Assembly: GCF_009914755.1 (NCBI RefSeq)
Contig: NC_060942.1
Strand: one strand, 5' to 3'
Origin: the human T2T-CHM13v2.0 reference genome, Homo sapiens
Length of the DNA stretch: 64,000 nucleotides
This document shows positions 28,736-48,350 of the stretch, in pieces (position 1 is the first letter of the stretch; every line of letters begins with the position of its first letter). A model generated the notes under the pieces. It did no database searches. It was not told where the DNA came from and saw only the letters and a list, made by a program, of their open reading frames with translations. A program made the translations under genes and the position numbers.

Positions 28736-29149
28736 ATGTTAAATACAATGTACCAGAGGCCATTATTTCAGACTAAGCTCCTGCACCAGGCAAAGCAGAC
28801 CAGAACAAACCAGAATGGAGTCACTTGTGCTAGGTGCCACAATCAAACTAAATTAAAAACAGACCAGTTTCCTCAAAAACAAGAGGTTCACAGCAACCAA
28901 TCATAAGGGGGCCAAACTGAGCCAGCATGAGAGAGTCCTCTCTACTTTACCCTGTAAGGAAAGTAACTTTGAAATGCCCAATCTGTATTTTGTTCCTCGT
29001 ATCTGCTTTCTGCAGCCCTCTCTGGCTGTAAAGTTTACCTCTGCTGCTCAGCATATCTGAGTATCTTTCTATTTCATAGATGAAATACTGCCTGATTTGC
29101 TAATAAAAGCCGGTTCGATCTTTAAACTAAATTTTTTGAAACTTTAACA
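28736..29149 (+). mobile_element. ERV1-class solo LTR (family not determined)
   Basis: TG...CA termini (tgttaaa...tttaaca), CCAAT boxes, AATAAA at ~29102; interrupts older L1M sequence. Confidence 0.65.
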
Positions 29150-29832
29150 GGAACGAGCATCCGGCACCCTTGTGCATGTACCCTACAATGACTGCCAGGC
29201 TTGGATGGATGTCCCCACTCCTGACTTGGTCTGCCCTGACACCACCTGGGCAATGGGGAGAGTGTCTTCCTACGGCTGGGGCGTGTGGGAGTCCAGGCTT
29301 CACGCACTCTTTGCTGTTCAATGTAGGTGAGGCTATTTGCTTTTTCTGTCGTCTTTGGATGGGATATAGCAATTACTATCAAAAATTTTTCGTTCCACTA
29401 GGCTGCCCTTTTCCTGGTCCTTTGGCTGGAGAGACCAGACTTTTCTTGGGGACTTTTTTGGTCTGTGTCTATTACTTTTCTGGTTGCTAACTCTCTAGTA
29501 CACAACATGGGCATGAGACCAAAAGGAAATACTGGAAACTCACTGTTGTCTTGTTCTCTGGGTCCAAGGACCTTACTGGTCTGCCCTCTTCTCTCCACAT
29601 TTTGATGTATAATGTCCAGGGTTTTTATCTGTTTAGTGGGAAGAACAGGGAGTAGCACATCTACTCCATCTTGGTCTAGAACTGGAAGGAAGGAGCAGTT
29701 TACATTTTTTCTTTTTTCTTCTTTTTATTTACTCTTTTTTATTTTAAAATTGCTTCATTTACTCATTTTTAACAGCTTTTTTGATATAGTTTACATACAT
29801 ACAAGTTACCCCACTTAAAGTGTATAGTTCAG

Positions 29833-35030
<5,198 letters not shown>

Positions 35031-35034
35031 CTTC

Positions 35035-35324
35035 TTTTTTTTTTTTTTTTGAGAGGGAGTCTTTCTCTGTTGCTAGGCTGGAGTGCAGTGGCGCCATCTT
35101 GGCTCACTGCAGCCTCTCCTGGCTTCAAGCGACTCCCCTACCTTAGCCTCCCAAGTAGCTGGCACTACAGGCACGTGCCACCATGCCCGGCTAATTTTTT
35201 TTGTTTTAGTAGAGACAGGGTTTCACCATGTTGGCCAGGATGGTCTTGATCTCCGGACTTCATGATCCACCCGCCTCGGCCTCCCAAATTGCTGGGATTA
35301 CAGGCGTGAGCCACTGCGCCTGGC
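35035..35324 (-). mobile_element. AluS-like element abutting the L1 5' end
   Basis: Dimer whose tail adjoins the L1 5' terminus. Confidence 0.9.
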
Positions 35325-36114
35325 TCAGTTTTTTTTTTTGGAATATTCATAGATAAATGTAACTCACCAAAGTCAGTGTTTGAACATGTTCATCATGTCC
35401 AAAAGAAAGTTTGTACCCCGTTGGGTACCCCGGGTATGAGTACCCCTATCATTTTCCTACCAACCCTATCCCATCATTTTCCATTCCACCTATCCCCCAA
35501 CCACCATATCTATAGAGTTTTTTCACTGTGGTAAAATATAGGTAACTTAAAATTTACCATTTTAACTATTTATAACAAGTCACTAATTTCAGAATGGCAC
35601 ACATTTCCCAAAATAGAAATATTAGAACATGACAATTTTGCTATAAACTTAATTCACTTCCCAATTTAAACTTTGGGAAGTGTGTGCTATATAATAGAGT
35701 AAAAGTAAAAAAAAAAAAAATGTAAGCGTATTGTCTTAATTTACGAGAAACAGAATTTTACATTATGCAGCCTAGATATCCACATTGGCGGTTGAAAACT
35801 AAATAGTTATTAGAAAAACAGCTTTCATATGAGCTTTACATCGCTTTGTGAGCATTGAAAGCTTCCTTCCTTGACCATTTGAAAATGACATTTTGCTCTT
35901 ATGTATAAATAATTGTACTTATTGTATTTTAAAAGTTCTCAGGTTTTCCTTGAAGTGGAATTATTTTTATTTCATTATAATCATACTACTTTAGGACACA
36001 GTGTATTTAAAAGATAACGTTGGTTAGTTGTTAAAACTTGTATAAAAATTTTCATGACTGGGCTTATATTTTATAAAAATTTCCAAGGGAAGAATTAGAT
36101 GTGATTTGAGTATG

Positions 36115-36530
36115 ATGTTAGTCCATTCTTGCATTACTATAAAGAAATATAATACTTGAGGCTGGGTAATTTACAAAAAAAAAAAAAGGTTTAATTGGCT
36201 CGTGCTTCTGTAAGCTTTTAAGGAAGCATGGTGCTGGCATCTGCTTCTGGTGAGGCCTCAGGAAGTACACAATCATGGTGGAAGGTATTGGAGAGCCAGC
36301 ATGTCACATGACGAAAGGGAGCAAGAGAGAGAATGGGAGGTCCCAGACTTTTATAAACAACCAGATCTCACGTGAACTGAGTGAGAACACACTTATCAAT
36401 CACCATGGGGACTCATGAGAGGACCACCCCCTACCCCATGATTCAGTATCTCCCACTAGGCCCCACCTCTGACATTGGGGATCACATTTCAACATGAAAT
36501 TTGCAGGGGACACACATCCAAACCATAGCA
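36115..36530 (-). mobile_element. MSTA/MSTB-like MaLR LTR
   Basis: ttagtccattcttgcattactataaagaaata...gaggcctcaggaag...catccaaaccatagca. Confidence 0.85.
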
Positions 36531-37312
36531 TATGGTTAAGGAAGATTAAGAAATTCAATAGCACATTGCCTTTATTATCATCGAGGATGAAGATGTTACG
36601 GTTTTCATATGTCATTAAGTAAACAAAATGACGTGTGCCACACATAGTAGCTCATAGTTCACTGGGAACGCAGTTACTTGTTCAGTCTGTTTTCTACAAA
36701 GTCATGTGAGATACTGATTTTTCCTTCGCATTGTTGATATCTGGGTGAAAATAAGGTATTTGTTAAATTGGTATTTCCCTTTTTTGTGTTTTAAGTGATA
36801 GTGGTGTCATTCAACTTATCTTTGCAGTTGAATGAAGAATGAATGACATTGAGCATTATTGTTTTGTTTATCCATGTCCATTATTAGTTTTTCTTTGCTT
36901 TTGCCAGCAGTGTGACTATTGGCCCTGCCCAGAGCCATTTGCAATCTTACAATAGTTAAGTGTTAGCACTGAAAGATACTAATGTTAAGAACAGATGTCT
37001 ACTGTCTGATTATTGGGAAAATATTAGTGTTTCTTAGTAGAAGCAACACAGTTTTTTTTAATACTAGATTTCTCATTCTGAGTCTATACACAATTTTCTA
37101 TGAATCATAAAACTTTGATAATTATGATAGTCTAATATTTTACTAGTTGTAAAAATGAAACTTATTTTGCTGTGATGTTTCACAATTGAAAAGCCTTTTT
37201 TTTTTTTAAGGCGTAGTACTAATTCTTAAGACAGTGTTTATCTAATTGTCCAGTCCCAGGATTCATTGGAATCAGAGACATTTTCTTAGGGGGTCTATAA
37301 GAATTTCCTTTA

Positions 37313-37631
<319 letters not shown>

Positions 37632-38138
37632 GATAAAATCTCAAGTTTAAAAAATTATTTACACTTGCCAGAATAGAAATGTTTTACTTATTTTTTTTTT
37701 TACACCTAATAGTATTAGCATGAAGACAGAGTTGATAGTAGGGAACATCACAATTTTAGGTAACTGAAGTATGTATCCTGAGCTAATTGGCTATATAGCT
37801 TCAAATTTTTGGGTTTGCATTTATATAACATTGGATATTGTACCATTAACTCTAATTCAGAAGTTTTTCTCAATTTATGTATAGCAGTGTTATTTCTTAT
37901 TTCAAGAAATTGGTGTTCAGTTTTCTTGTAGAACATTTTAGAAATCATTAGCTCCAAGGTTATTGTATATATGATTCCCATGGGGGAAATGACATCTCAG
38001 CTCAAGGGACTATTTCCATGTTCCTTTTCCTGGGTTTTGCTACTAAAGTCAAGGCATATTTTTCAGGCAGCCATCCCTTTAAATTTTATTTATTCATTTG
38101 TCTGCTGGGTTATTTATTTATTTTAACATCTTGCCCTT

Positions 38139-38526
38139 TGTCTTAGTTCATTTTGTGCTGCTGTAACAGGATATCTGAGACTAGATAATTTATAAAGAAC
38201 AGAAATTTATTTCTCACACTTCTTGAGGCTGGGAAGTCCAAGATCAAGGTATTGACGTCTGGTGAGGCCTTCTTGGTGTGTCCTCACATGGGAGAAGATG
38301 GGAGGGCAAGAGAGGATGAATGTGGTTTCCTCACATGGCAGAAGAGCAGGAGAGAGCAAACCCATTGCAATATGCTCTCTTTATGATGGCATTAATGCAT
38401 CATGAGGGCGGAACTATTGTGAGCTAAATGCTTCCCATTAGGCACTATCTTCTAAGACTGTTGCATTGAGGATTAAGCTTCCAACACATGAATTTGGAGG
38501 GGACAAAAACATTTCAACCGTAGCAC
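38139..38526 (-). mobile_element. MST/MLT1A-like MaLR LTR
   Basis: tgtcttagttcattttgtgctgctgtaacag...gaggctgggaagtccaagatcaagg...caaccgtagca. Confidence 0.8.
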
Positions 38527-40244
38527 CATTTGTCTCCTTTGCTGCTATTGGAGGGAGAGTCCCAATTTCTCATTAGTTTATGCAGCTTGCTGCTTAGTAA
38601 TGACTTATCAATGACAGTTGAAACTTGTAGTTGTATTTGATGAAGGAAATATGCACATTTCTTTATAGCACTTAGTTTTTTGCTTTGTTTTTCTACTTTA
38701 TTAACATGCAGGCAAAGTGGGAGTGTTTATTTTTAAAGAAGCTTTGAGCATTAGACATGTTTTAAATCTATTTCTTCGTTTAATATCAGTTGGCTTCTAA
38801 GAAGTGTTTCTCATCAAAATGGAAACAATAAGGCTTAGATATTTAAGATAAAATGTAAGTTTTAAGCTAGTTATTGTAATGATTTACTTAGTAACTTTTA
38901 CTTAGTAACTTATGTGTAACTTATGTGCCTTCCAGTACTTGAGAGTTCCTAATTTTTTTTGAAACCTTTGGCTGCAGTTCAGATAGCTGTCCTTGTTTCT
39001 TAGCATGGCAGTGCTCTTGGGTTTGGTATCATCCATTCTGTCATCTTTGTTCATAATTGTTTTTACTCATTTTAAAAATATGTTTCCAGAATTATAGTTA
39101 ATTGCTGGAAACGTTGATTTTTCTTGAGTGACAAACCAATTAAGTGTGTATGACACCAGGCAACAAAGACACTTAAGATTCTGCGCTTTTCCTGTCTCTG
39201 AAAAAAATCCATTATTCATCATCTTATTGTTTTTAAATACTGAGGTAAAATTTTCAATACAATAGGAAAATTGCCTTGGAAATGGAATAAATTGCTTGCC
39301 AGTTCAAAGGCTCCATTTCTGGAGTTGAGGTTACAAAACATGATGTTGCTTATATTCCTTATCTTTCAGAACTCGTTGTGCTGCGTTTCCCGCATTAAAC
39401 TTGATAGGATTGTGACTTTTACTAAAATAAGACATAACTGTTGAATAACTTAATGAAAAAGATCAAAAGTCTCATTTAGGGTATTATATTACAATATATT
39501 TATGTGGTGGTTTGAATTTATTCACATTTTGTATAAATACTCATTTTCTAGTTGACTGTTTTAAAAGAAGTGATCTCATACAGAGAAGAAAAAAATGACA
39601 TTTTAAGGGAAAATATTATTAATGTTTTAGTCTGTTACTTCATAGATCATGTAATTTTTTGCCTAAATTATAATGAAACTTGTATGTTGTGAGGTTGTTC
39701 TGTGATGCTGTCGATAGTGGTTGGAGTTGTGTATAAAAGATTATCTGGAGACACTAAAGCAAGTAACATTTTGATTGGTAGAGTAGGGTGTTTAAAAGAG
39801 GGGTGAAAAGAAGTGACTGCCATTTCTCCTAACACATTTACTTTCAACAAAGGTCTTCTTTGTGATTATTTTTAGTGACAATATTCTATTCCATGGTATA
39901 TTTCACCAATTATTTATTCATGGATACTATGCTTTTTGCCATGTTTCCTTTGGTCTTTTTCAACATCACAGCACAGTGATGGTTATCTTTGTAGAGAAAT
40001 CTTGAACACATTTTAAATTTCCGTGGGATAATGAGAAACCATGGTTAAAGTTTATTTACGTTACAGAAATAAAAAGCTTTCAATGCATCGTCACAAATTG
40101 TTCTCCACTCTTACCAGCGATTAAGAGTGCCTGTTTATCCAAGACCGTTGGCCATATTGAATGTTAAGAATTCTTTTTTACATTTGATAAGCAAGACATG
40201 GTCTCTTCTTGTTTGAATTTGCATATTTTAAAAGTCCTTTGTGA

Positions 40245-40448
40245 TGGCATAAGAATGATGCAGTGGACTTTGGCGATGCAGGGGGAAAGGTTGGGAAGGG
40301 AGTGAGGGATAAAAGACTACAAATTGGGTTCATTGTATACTGCTCGGGAGATGGGTGCAGCACAGTCTCACAAATTACCACTAAAGAACTTATGTAACTA
40401 AATACCACCTGTTCCCCAAAAACCTATGGAAATGAAAAATTATTAAAA
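40245..40448 (+). mobile_element. L1PB-like 3'-end fragment
   Basis: L1PB-type 3'UTR; 15-bp TSD aaaagtcctttgtga at 40230-40244 and 40449-40463, preceded by a TTTT/AAAA endonuclease site. Confidence 0.85.
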
Positions 40449-40789
40449 AAAAGTCCTTTGTGAAAACAAAAATTATTCCAGGTTTAAAACCTTCCAATAG
40501 CCTTCCATTACACTTAAAATTAAACCCCTTCCTGTTGCTTGGCCTGCACTGTGTCCCTTGTTCCTGCCCATCTCTTCAGCTGCTTCTGGTGTCCTGCTCC
40601 CCTTGGCCCACTGTGCACGTGCCCAGCTGGCTTTGTGTTGTGGCTCTCTTCAAGGTCTCTGTGCTAGTTGGCCAGTCTTTTTAGGCCTTCAGAGATTGGT
40701 TGCTTTTCCTCCAGATGTCACTACTTGGGGCCTAGCATCTTGGGTGATCTAAGGAAGACCTCTCCCTCACTTCCAGTCTTATGAAAAAA

Positions 40790-43012
40790 AATTATTGTTA
40801 ATTATTCGTTATTATAGATACATAATGTTTATAGACATTTATGCGATACATATGATGTTTTGATACATGCATACAATGTGTAATGATGGAATCGGGTAAT
40901 TGGGATATCCGTCACCTCCAGCATTTATCATTTCTTTGTGTTAGGAACTTTGCAATTTTATTCTTTTAGTTATTTGAAATACACAATAAGTTACTCTTAA
41001 TTATAGTTGCCTTGTTGTGCTACTGAACACTGGATCTTATTCTTTGTATCTAACTGTATTTTTATACCCATTACCCATCCATTCTTTGTCCCCCACTCTC
41101 CACTACCCTTCCCAGCCTCTGATAAGCATCATTCTACTCTCTGTCTCCATAAGTCCAACTCTTTTTTAAGCTCCCACATGTGAGTGAGAACATGTGATAT
41201 TTATCTTTCTGTACTTGGCTTATTTTACTTAAAATAATGTCCTTTTGTTCCATTGATGTTGATGTAAATGACTGGATCTTATTCTTTTTTACTGTTGAAT
41301 GGTACTCCATTGTGTATATGTACCACATTTTCTTTATCCATTCATCTGTTGATGGACACTTAGATTGCTTCCAAATTTTAACTGTTGTAAACAGTGCTGC
41401 AACAAACATAGGAATGCAGGTATCTCTTTGATAACATCGATTTCCTTTATTTTTGGTATATACCAAGCAGTGGGATTGTTGGATCATATAGTAGCTCAAT
41501 TTTTAGTTTTTTAGGAACTTTCAAACTGTTCTCCACAGTGATTGTACTAATTTACATTCCCACCAACAGTGTACAAGGGTTCCCTTTTGTCTACATCCTT
41601 GCCAGCATTTGTTACTGGTTGTCCTTTGGGTATAAGCCATTTTAACTTGGGTGAGATGATCTCTGTTTGTAGTTGTGATTTGCATTTCTCTGATGATCAG
41701 CGATGTCGAACACCTTTTCATATGCGTGTTTGTGATTTGTATGTCTTCTTTTGAGAAATGTCTATTCGGATCTTTTGCCCATTTTTTATTAGATTATTAG
41801 AATTTTCCATATAGAGTTGTTTGAGCTCCTTATAAATTCTGATTATTAATCCCTTGTCAAAGGGGTAGTTGGCAAATAGGCAAATATTTTCCCCCATTCT
41901 GTGGGTTGTCTCTTCACTTTGTTGATTGTATCATTTGTTCTGCAGAAACTTTTTAACTTGATGCTATCTCGTTTGTCCATGTTTGCTTTAGTTGCCTGTG
42001 CTTGAGGGGTATTGCCGAAGAAGTCTTTGTCCAGACCATTGTCCTGGAGATTTCCCCCAATATTTTCTTGTAATAGTTTCATAGTTTGAGGTCTTAGATT
42101 TAAGCTTTTAATGTGTTTTAATTTGATTTTTGTAGACAGTGAGAGATAGGAGTCTATTTTCATTCTTCTGCATATGGATATCCAGTTTTCCCAGCACCAT
42201 TTATTGAAAAGACTGTCTTTTCCCCAGTATATGTTCTTGGCACCTTTGTCAAAAACAAGTTCACCATAGATGTGTGGATTTGTTTCTGGGTTCTCTATTC
42301 TGGTCCATTGGTCTATGTGTCTGTTTTTATGCCAGTAACTTGCTGTTTTGGTTACTATAGCTCTGCAGTATAATTTGAAGTTAGGTAATGTGATTCCTCC
42401 AGTTTTGTTCTTTTTGCTTAGGATAGCTGTAACTATTCTGGGTCTTTTGTAGTTTCATATAAATTTTCAGATTGTTTTTTCTATTTCTGTGAAGAATGTC
42501 ATTGGTATTTCGATAGGGATTGCATTGAATCTGTAGATTGCTTTGGGTAGTATGGACATTTTAACAATATTGATTTTTCCAATCCATGTACATGGAATAT
42601 TTTTTCATTTTTTGGTATCCTTCAATTGCCTTCATCAGTGTTTTATAGTTTTCATCATAGAGATCTTTCACTTCTTCGGTGAAGTTAATTCCTAGGTATT
42701 TAATTTTATGTGTGGCTATTGTAAATGGGATTACTTTTAAAATTTCTTTTTCACAGTGTTTACTGTTGGCATATAGAAATGCTACTTATTTTTGTATGTT
42801 GATTTTGTATCCTGCAACTACTGAATTGATCAGTTCTAATAGTTTTCTTGTGAAATCTTTAGGTTTTTGCAAATATACGTTCGTATCATCAGCAAACAAA
42901 GATAATTTGATTATTTCCTTTCCAATTTGGATTCCCCCTATATGTTTCTCTTGTCCGATAGCTCTAGCTAGGACTTCCAGTACTATGTCGAGTAACAGTG
43001 GTGACAGTGGGC
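40790..43012 (-). mobile_element. L1MA-like 3' fragment (ORF2 C-terminal half plus 3'UTR)
   Basis: Degenerate ORF2 peptides in track ORFs 41134, 41846 and 42786 (LSLFADD). Confidence 0.85.
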
Positions 43013-43267
43013 TGAGAGTTTTGAAGTCTTCAGTTGCTATTGTGGATTTGTCTATTTTTCTTTCCACTTGTATTGGTTTTGCTGTATGTGTTTTGAAGCT
43101 CTGGTGGTAGGTGCATACATATTTAGGACTTTTAGATCTTAGTGGTGATTTGATCCTTTTATTATTGCGTTATGTCCCTCTATGCTAGGCAGTTCTTTTT
43201 TTGATGTCTTTGTTTTATATTAATATAGCTACTTGGCTTTCTTTTGACTAGTGTTTGCATTATATAT

Positions 43268-44367
43268 AGTCATGTGTTGTTGAAGGATGGGGTGTGATGT
43301 TCTGAGAAATGTTAAATACCATTAATACTTAAAATACTTCCTCTAGATACTGAGTTTTGCACTCCAGAAATGTGTTTGGCAATTTCATTGTTGTGCAGCC
43401 ATCCTAGAGTGTACTCAAACAGACCAAGATGATAGTGACTACTGCACATCTAGCCTATATGGTATAGCCTATTGCTCCTAGGCTACAAACTTGTGCAGCA
43501 TGTTACTGTACTGAATGCAGCAGGCAGATGTGACACAATTGTGTATCTGTGTATCTAAGCATACTGAACATAGTAAAATACAGTATAAAACATAAAAAAT
43601 CATACAGGACACAAATTTACAGTGTGTAAATTAATCTTTAGCTTACTGGAACTTTTTTACTTTGTAATTTTTTTAATTTTTAAAAACTTATTGACTTTTT
43701 TGTAATAACGCTTAGTTTAAAACATGAAGATATTGTTGCACAAAAATATTTTCTTTTTTTATATTCTAATTCTATATGCTTTTTTCTTTTTTAAAAAAAT
43801 TTATTTTTACTTAAACTTTTTTTTTTTTTTTTTTTGGTTAAAAACGGAAACAAAAACACACATATTAGTCTAGGCCTATACAGGGTCAGGATCATCAATA
43901 TCACTATCTTCCACCTCCGCATTATGTCACTGGGAAGGCAGTAACACACGGAGCTGTCATCTCCTGTGTTAACAGTGTCTTCTGCTGGGATACCTCCTGA
44001 AGGACCTGTCTGAGGCTGTTTTACAGTTAGCTTTTTAAAAAATAAATAGAAAATGTCTGATCTAAAATAATAATGATACAGTATAGTAAATACATAAACC
44101 AATAGCATAGTCATTAGTTATGATTGTCAGGTATTAGGTACTGTACATAAGTGTATATGCTCGACTTTTATATGAATGACTGGTAGCACAATAGATTTGA
44201 TTTACACCAGCATCACCACAAAGATGTGAGTAATGCATTATACTGTGAACGTTATTATGGCTGTGATGTCACTAGGTGTTAGGAATTTTTCAGCTTCCTT
44301 ATTATGGGACCACTGTTTTATATGCAATCCATTGTTGACTGGTATGTCATTATGCAGCGATTAACTG
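43268..44367. mobile_element. Tigger3-like DNA transposon
   Basis: Degenerate TIR-like ends (agtcatgtgttg... / ...atgcagcgattaactg); internal ggtatagcctattgctcctaggctacaaac typical of Tigger3. Confidence 0.75.
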
Positions 44368-44391
44368 TTTATTTTTCCATTTTTTTTACTT

Positions 44392-45540
44392 TTAATCTTT
44401 TAAAGTAAGGTTGACAGAGTCTCTTAGTTTTCTTTCATCTGAGAACATCTTTGTTTTGCCTTCATTCCTGAAGGACATTGTTGCTGGATGTAGACTTCTG
44501 CTTTCACAGTTCTTTTCTTTTAGCACTTCAAACATCAAGTTCCACTGTGCTTTGGCCTCCGTTTTTCTCCATGAGAAATCTACAGGCATTTGAATCGATG
44601 TTCCTCTATATGTAATGAGTTGTGTTTCTCTGGCTGCTTTCAAGATTTTTTCCTTCATCTTTGCTTCTAGTAGTTTGATTATGATGTATCTTTATGTAGG
44701 TATCTTTGACTTCATCCTGTTTTAAGTTTGCTTTTTTAATTAGTAAATTACTTTCAGCAAATTTGGGAAGCTTTTGTCCATTTTTTTCTTCACATATTTT
44801 TCTGCCTCAATCTTTTCTGGTATTCTAATAATGACATGCATGTTAGACCTTTTCATATATAAATATAGAGAAATAGTGTGTATGCATGGGTGCGTGTGCA
44901 CACACCCCCTCCCCCATCTGCTTAGAATTTCTGTCTACCCTAGGATGCTTGTAGAGTATTTTTAAAAAAAGAAAAAAAGAACTTCTGTTTTTCTATTCAC
45001 TTCAAGACTGTTCAACTTTATCTCATGGAGCGTGGATATAATGGCTGTTTTAAAATTCCAATATGTTTTTCATACTGCAATTAGCATTTGTTGGTTGTTC
45101 TTTCTCTTGACTATTGGCCATATTTCCCTGTTACTTTGTATGTTGAGTTAAGTTTGGCTTGTATCCTGGACATTTTGAATATTGTGTTGTGGGATTCTGG
45201 GTCTCATAATCCTTTGAAGAATGTTTTAACAGTGCATTGACCTGGGTAGGTTTAGACCCCCAGTTCTGTTTCACCACCAGTGGGTGGTGGTTGCAATGTC
45301 AGTTCAGTTGCAAAGCCTTGGCTGTGCCATCTGCTCCCCGCCAGTGCTTGTCAGGGCCTGTTGTGTAGGACCTGAGTAATTCCCAGAGCCTGTCCTGTGC
45401 TTATTTGGGTTTGGGCACATTTTTGCAGCTCGGGGGTGAGCCTGGGACTTCTGTTGATTCATATACAGAATTAGGGCATCCCTCGTCCAGCTTTCTCCAC
45501 TGTCTGGTTTATCCCATGTCTCCAATTTCCAGGGTTGTTT
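44392..45540 (-). mobile_element. Ancient L1M ORF1/5' fragment
   Basis: Track ORF 44392..44658 KEKILKAARE...VLKEKNC is L1 ORF1p-like. Confidence 0.75.
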
Positions 45541-46808
45541 TTTCTCAGCTTTATGCTTTCTGAAAGTCAGGGTTTTCTCTCAGAGTTTTAGCTGTTCGTG
45601 TTGTTGTGAAGGTCCACCTGACTGGGACAGTTCTCAGGGAAAAGTTGTGTGAAAAGAGAGAACTACCAGGGACGTCCACATCCTGTTTGGACTCCAGGAG
45701 CCCATCTTCCTGTTTCCCTTGCTCTCATAGAAGGTGACTACAGTGTAGCCCTAATAGGGCTAGGAGAAACAAAAAGGAAAAAAGAAAAAAACGTTCTGCT
45801 TTGCAAGAGCCCCCTTTGCTGGGGCTGTGGCTAGAAAGGGTGGGTTTCTTCTGGAGTTTGCATTCTGCATATTGTGGGCAATGCAGATAGAGTCTTCACT
45901 TTGACAAGAACTCTGCATTGGATTTCAAGAGCCTGTTTTAGATACCTGGAGCTAAGCTGCCCTTGTCTTGAAACTGTGTGTGTCAGCCCCATCAACTGGA
46001 GGTCTGAAAGGAGGAAGAATTACTAGGAATGAAAATATGACAGGTTGTGATCAGAAATATGATTCCATCGTACACGACATGTACACTCGGCCACTGCATA
46101 CGCGTACCTTCATATCACCCATGCCTTTTGGCCTCTGGGTACTTAAAACGTGCTGTTTCTCTTTGAGTTTTCTAGGCAGTGAGGACTGAATGACTGGGTT
46201 CCTGAGACTCCCTGTATTCTCTTGAAAAAAGAAAAGTCTTCCACAATACTGACCTATCTCTAAATTGCACTTTAGCAGAATGTGCTATAATTGCCTGCTT
46301 ATGTGTTTGATTCCTATTTTTTGTTTCTGAAGAGCTCTTAATTTCCACTTATTGCTCCTTTCCTTCCCCTCACCAACAAGCCTTTCAAGAGGTGCATCCT
46401 TCTTCCCATGTGGACTTCTGCCCCCAACATTGATGCCTTACTAACCAAGCTTGCTGCCTTGGCTCTATGCACCCTCCTGTAGGTCCCCCAGTAACCAGTG
46501 CTGTGATCACAGACCTATTGCCCTTAGACTCTTTCTGGGTATAATTTTCATCCATGGTCTGCCGTTGCTAGGGCCCCCAGTCCTGTTTTCCCCCTAAGCT
46601 GCCTGGCTGTGATCCAGACTGGACTCTGGACCTGGCTTTGTTGGTTTGGAATACTTACTTTTCTCCTTATGTGTCAATTAAGGATGGTACTATCTCTGTC
46701 CCTTATTTATGTTTTAATAGTGGGTTTTGGTTAGTTTTAGCTGTCTTCTATATGGAATTTAGAGAATGTTAAAAAAGATTTCAATATAAATGACTGCCTT
46801 TATCCCAG

Positions 46809-46938
46809 AGGAACCCACGAGTCTGCTTTCTCAGTTTTTACATTGAGACAATGCCTCCACAAATACTTGATGCAAAATTCAGTAAGACAGCACTTGTTGA
46901 ATCACCATTATAGTTTCTGACAAATTGTTCTCAAAAAG
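46809..46938 (+). other. Candidate alternative (poison or 5'UTR) cassette exon of ATP9B, 130 nt
   Basis: Acceptor aatgactgcctttatcccag|A; perfect donor AAG|GTAAGT at 46939; apparently non-repetitive sequence. Confidence 0.55.
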
Positions 46939-47651
46939 GTAAGTTTTTATTTTTTAAAGATAAATTACATTTGTGATTGAGGAAGGATAAAAGGAACAGT
47001 TTTGATGATAGGCTGCCTGTTTCTTGAAATCAAGAGGATTGTTGAGCTTTAAAAGGTCTGCTGGTTGTTGAGATTTTTTCATTGAATAGCGCATTTTAGT
47101 GAAGAGAATAACAGAATAAATGGGACATAGCATCATTCCCCAAAGATATAAACTGTCAGCAAACCAAGGGATGATGTTGATACCTTTCAGATACAGACAG
47201 CTACATACTGTCGAAAGTCACTTCTAGAATGTTGGTTGATGACTTAAAGTTGTGTAACATAGAGTGTTTAGATGTTGCTTGGAGTGAACATTCTTTGCTA
47301 TAGTCATGTTTCAGAAGATTGGTTTTTTCTGACTGGATTAAGTGCAGTGAGGAGCTGTTGAGCAGCATTGGTTGTGCTGTCAGGCTGCCCATCCGCACCA
47401 CAGATGCCTCCAGGATTATGCTCACAGCACGGTTAACAGAGACTTCTTCAGCTAGCACAGGTCTCGTTGGGCAGCTTTTTTACCTTAGCTAACTTATTCC
47501 TTTGCAAAAGAAAGCAGCCTCTGCAGTCTTATTTATAATGCTTTCCCTCAGCTGAAGACAGCCTAATTTGAGGAAATATTGTCCCTAAATGAAACACACT
47601 GTAAAGAAGACTGCTTGGCCTATCTCAGCACTCCATTTTTACCCTAACTAG

Positions 47652-47825
47652 GTACCAGCTGGAGGATGAGTCTGCGCATTTGGATGAAATGCCACTAATG
47701 ATGTCTGAAGAAGGCTTTGAGAATGAGGAAAGTGATTACCACACCTTACCACGAGCCAGGATAATGCAAAGGAAAAGAGGACTGGAGTGGTTTGTCTGTG
47801 ATGGCTGGAAGTTCCTCTGTACCAG
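47652..47825 (+). CDS. ATP9B: ATP9B coding exon 2 (174 nt, phase 2-2): (R)[57 protein letters not shown](S)
   Basis: Acceptor ttttaccctaactag|G; donor CAG|GTTTGT at 47826; open frame continuous with exons 1 and 3; overlaps track ORF 47680..47889. Confidence 0.96.
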
Positions 47826-48050
47826 GTTTGTTATCCATTGCTACCTAATTTCCTTATATGCTAAGGTTACTTATAAGGTTAGCTTCTAATATACTTATTA
47901 GCTATATTAATATAAAAACTCAAGGAGATATTCCTTAAATGATATCATGGAGATTATCAGTACATTAATCAAAGCCAAACAATGCTAATATGAAAGGAAA
48001 GGAAAGCCAAATTATTATCTTACGAGAAGTTTTAATGGTTAAAAGCTGGA

Positions 48051-48350
<300 letters not shown>

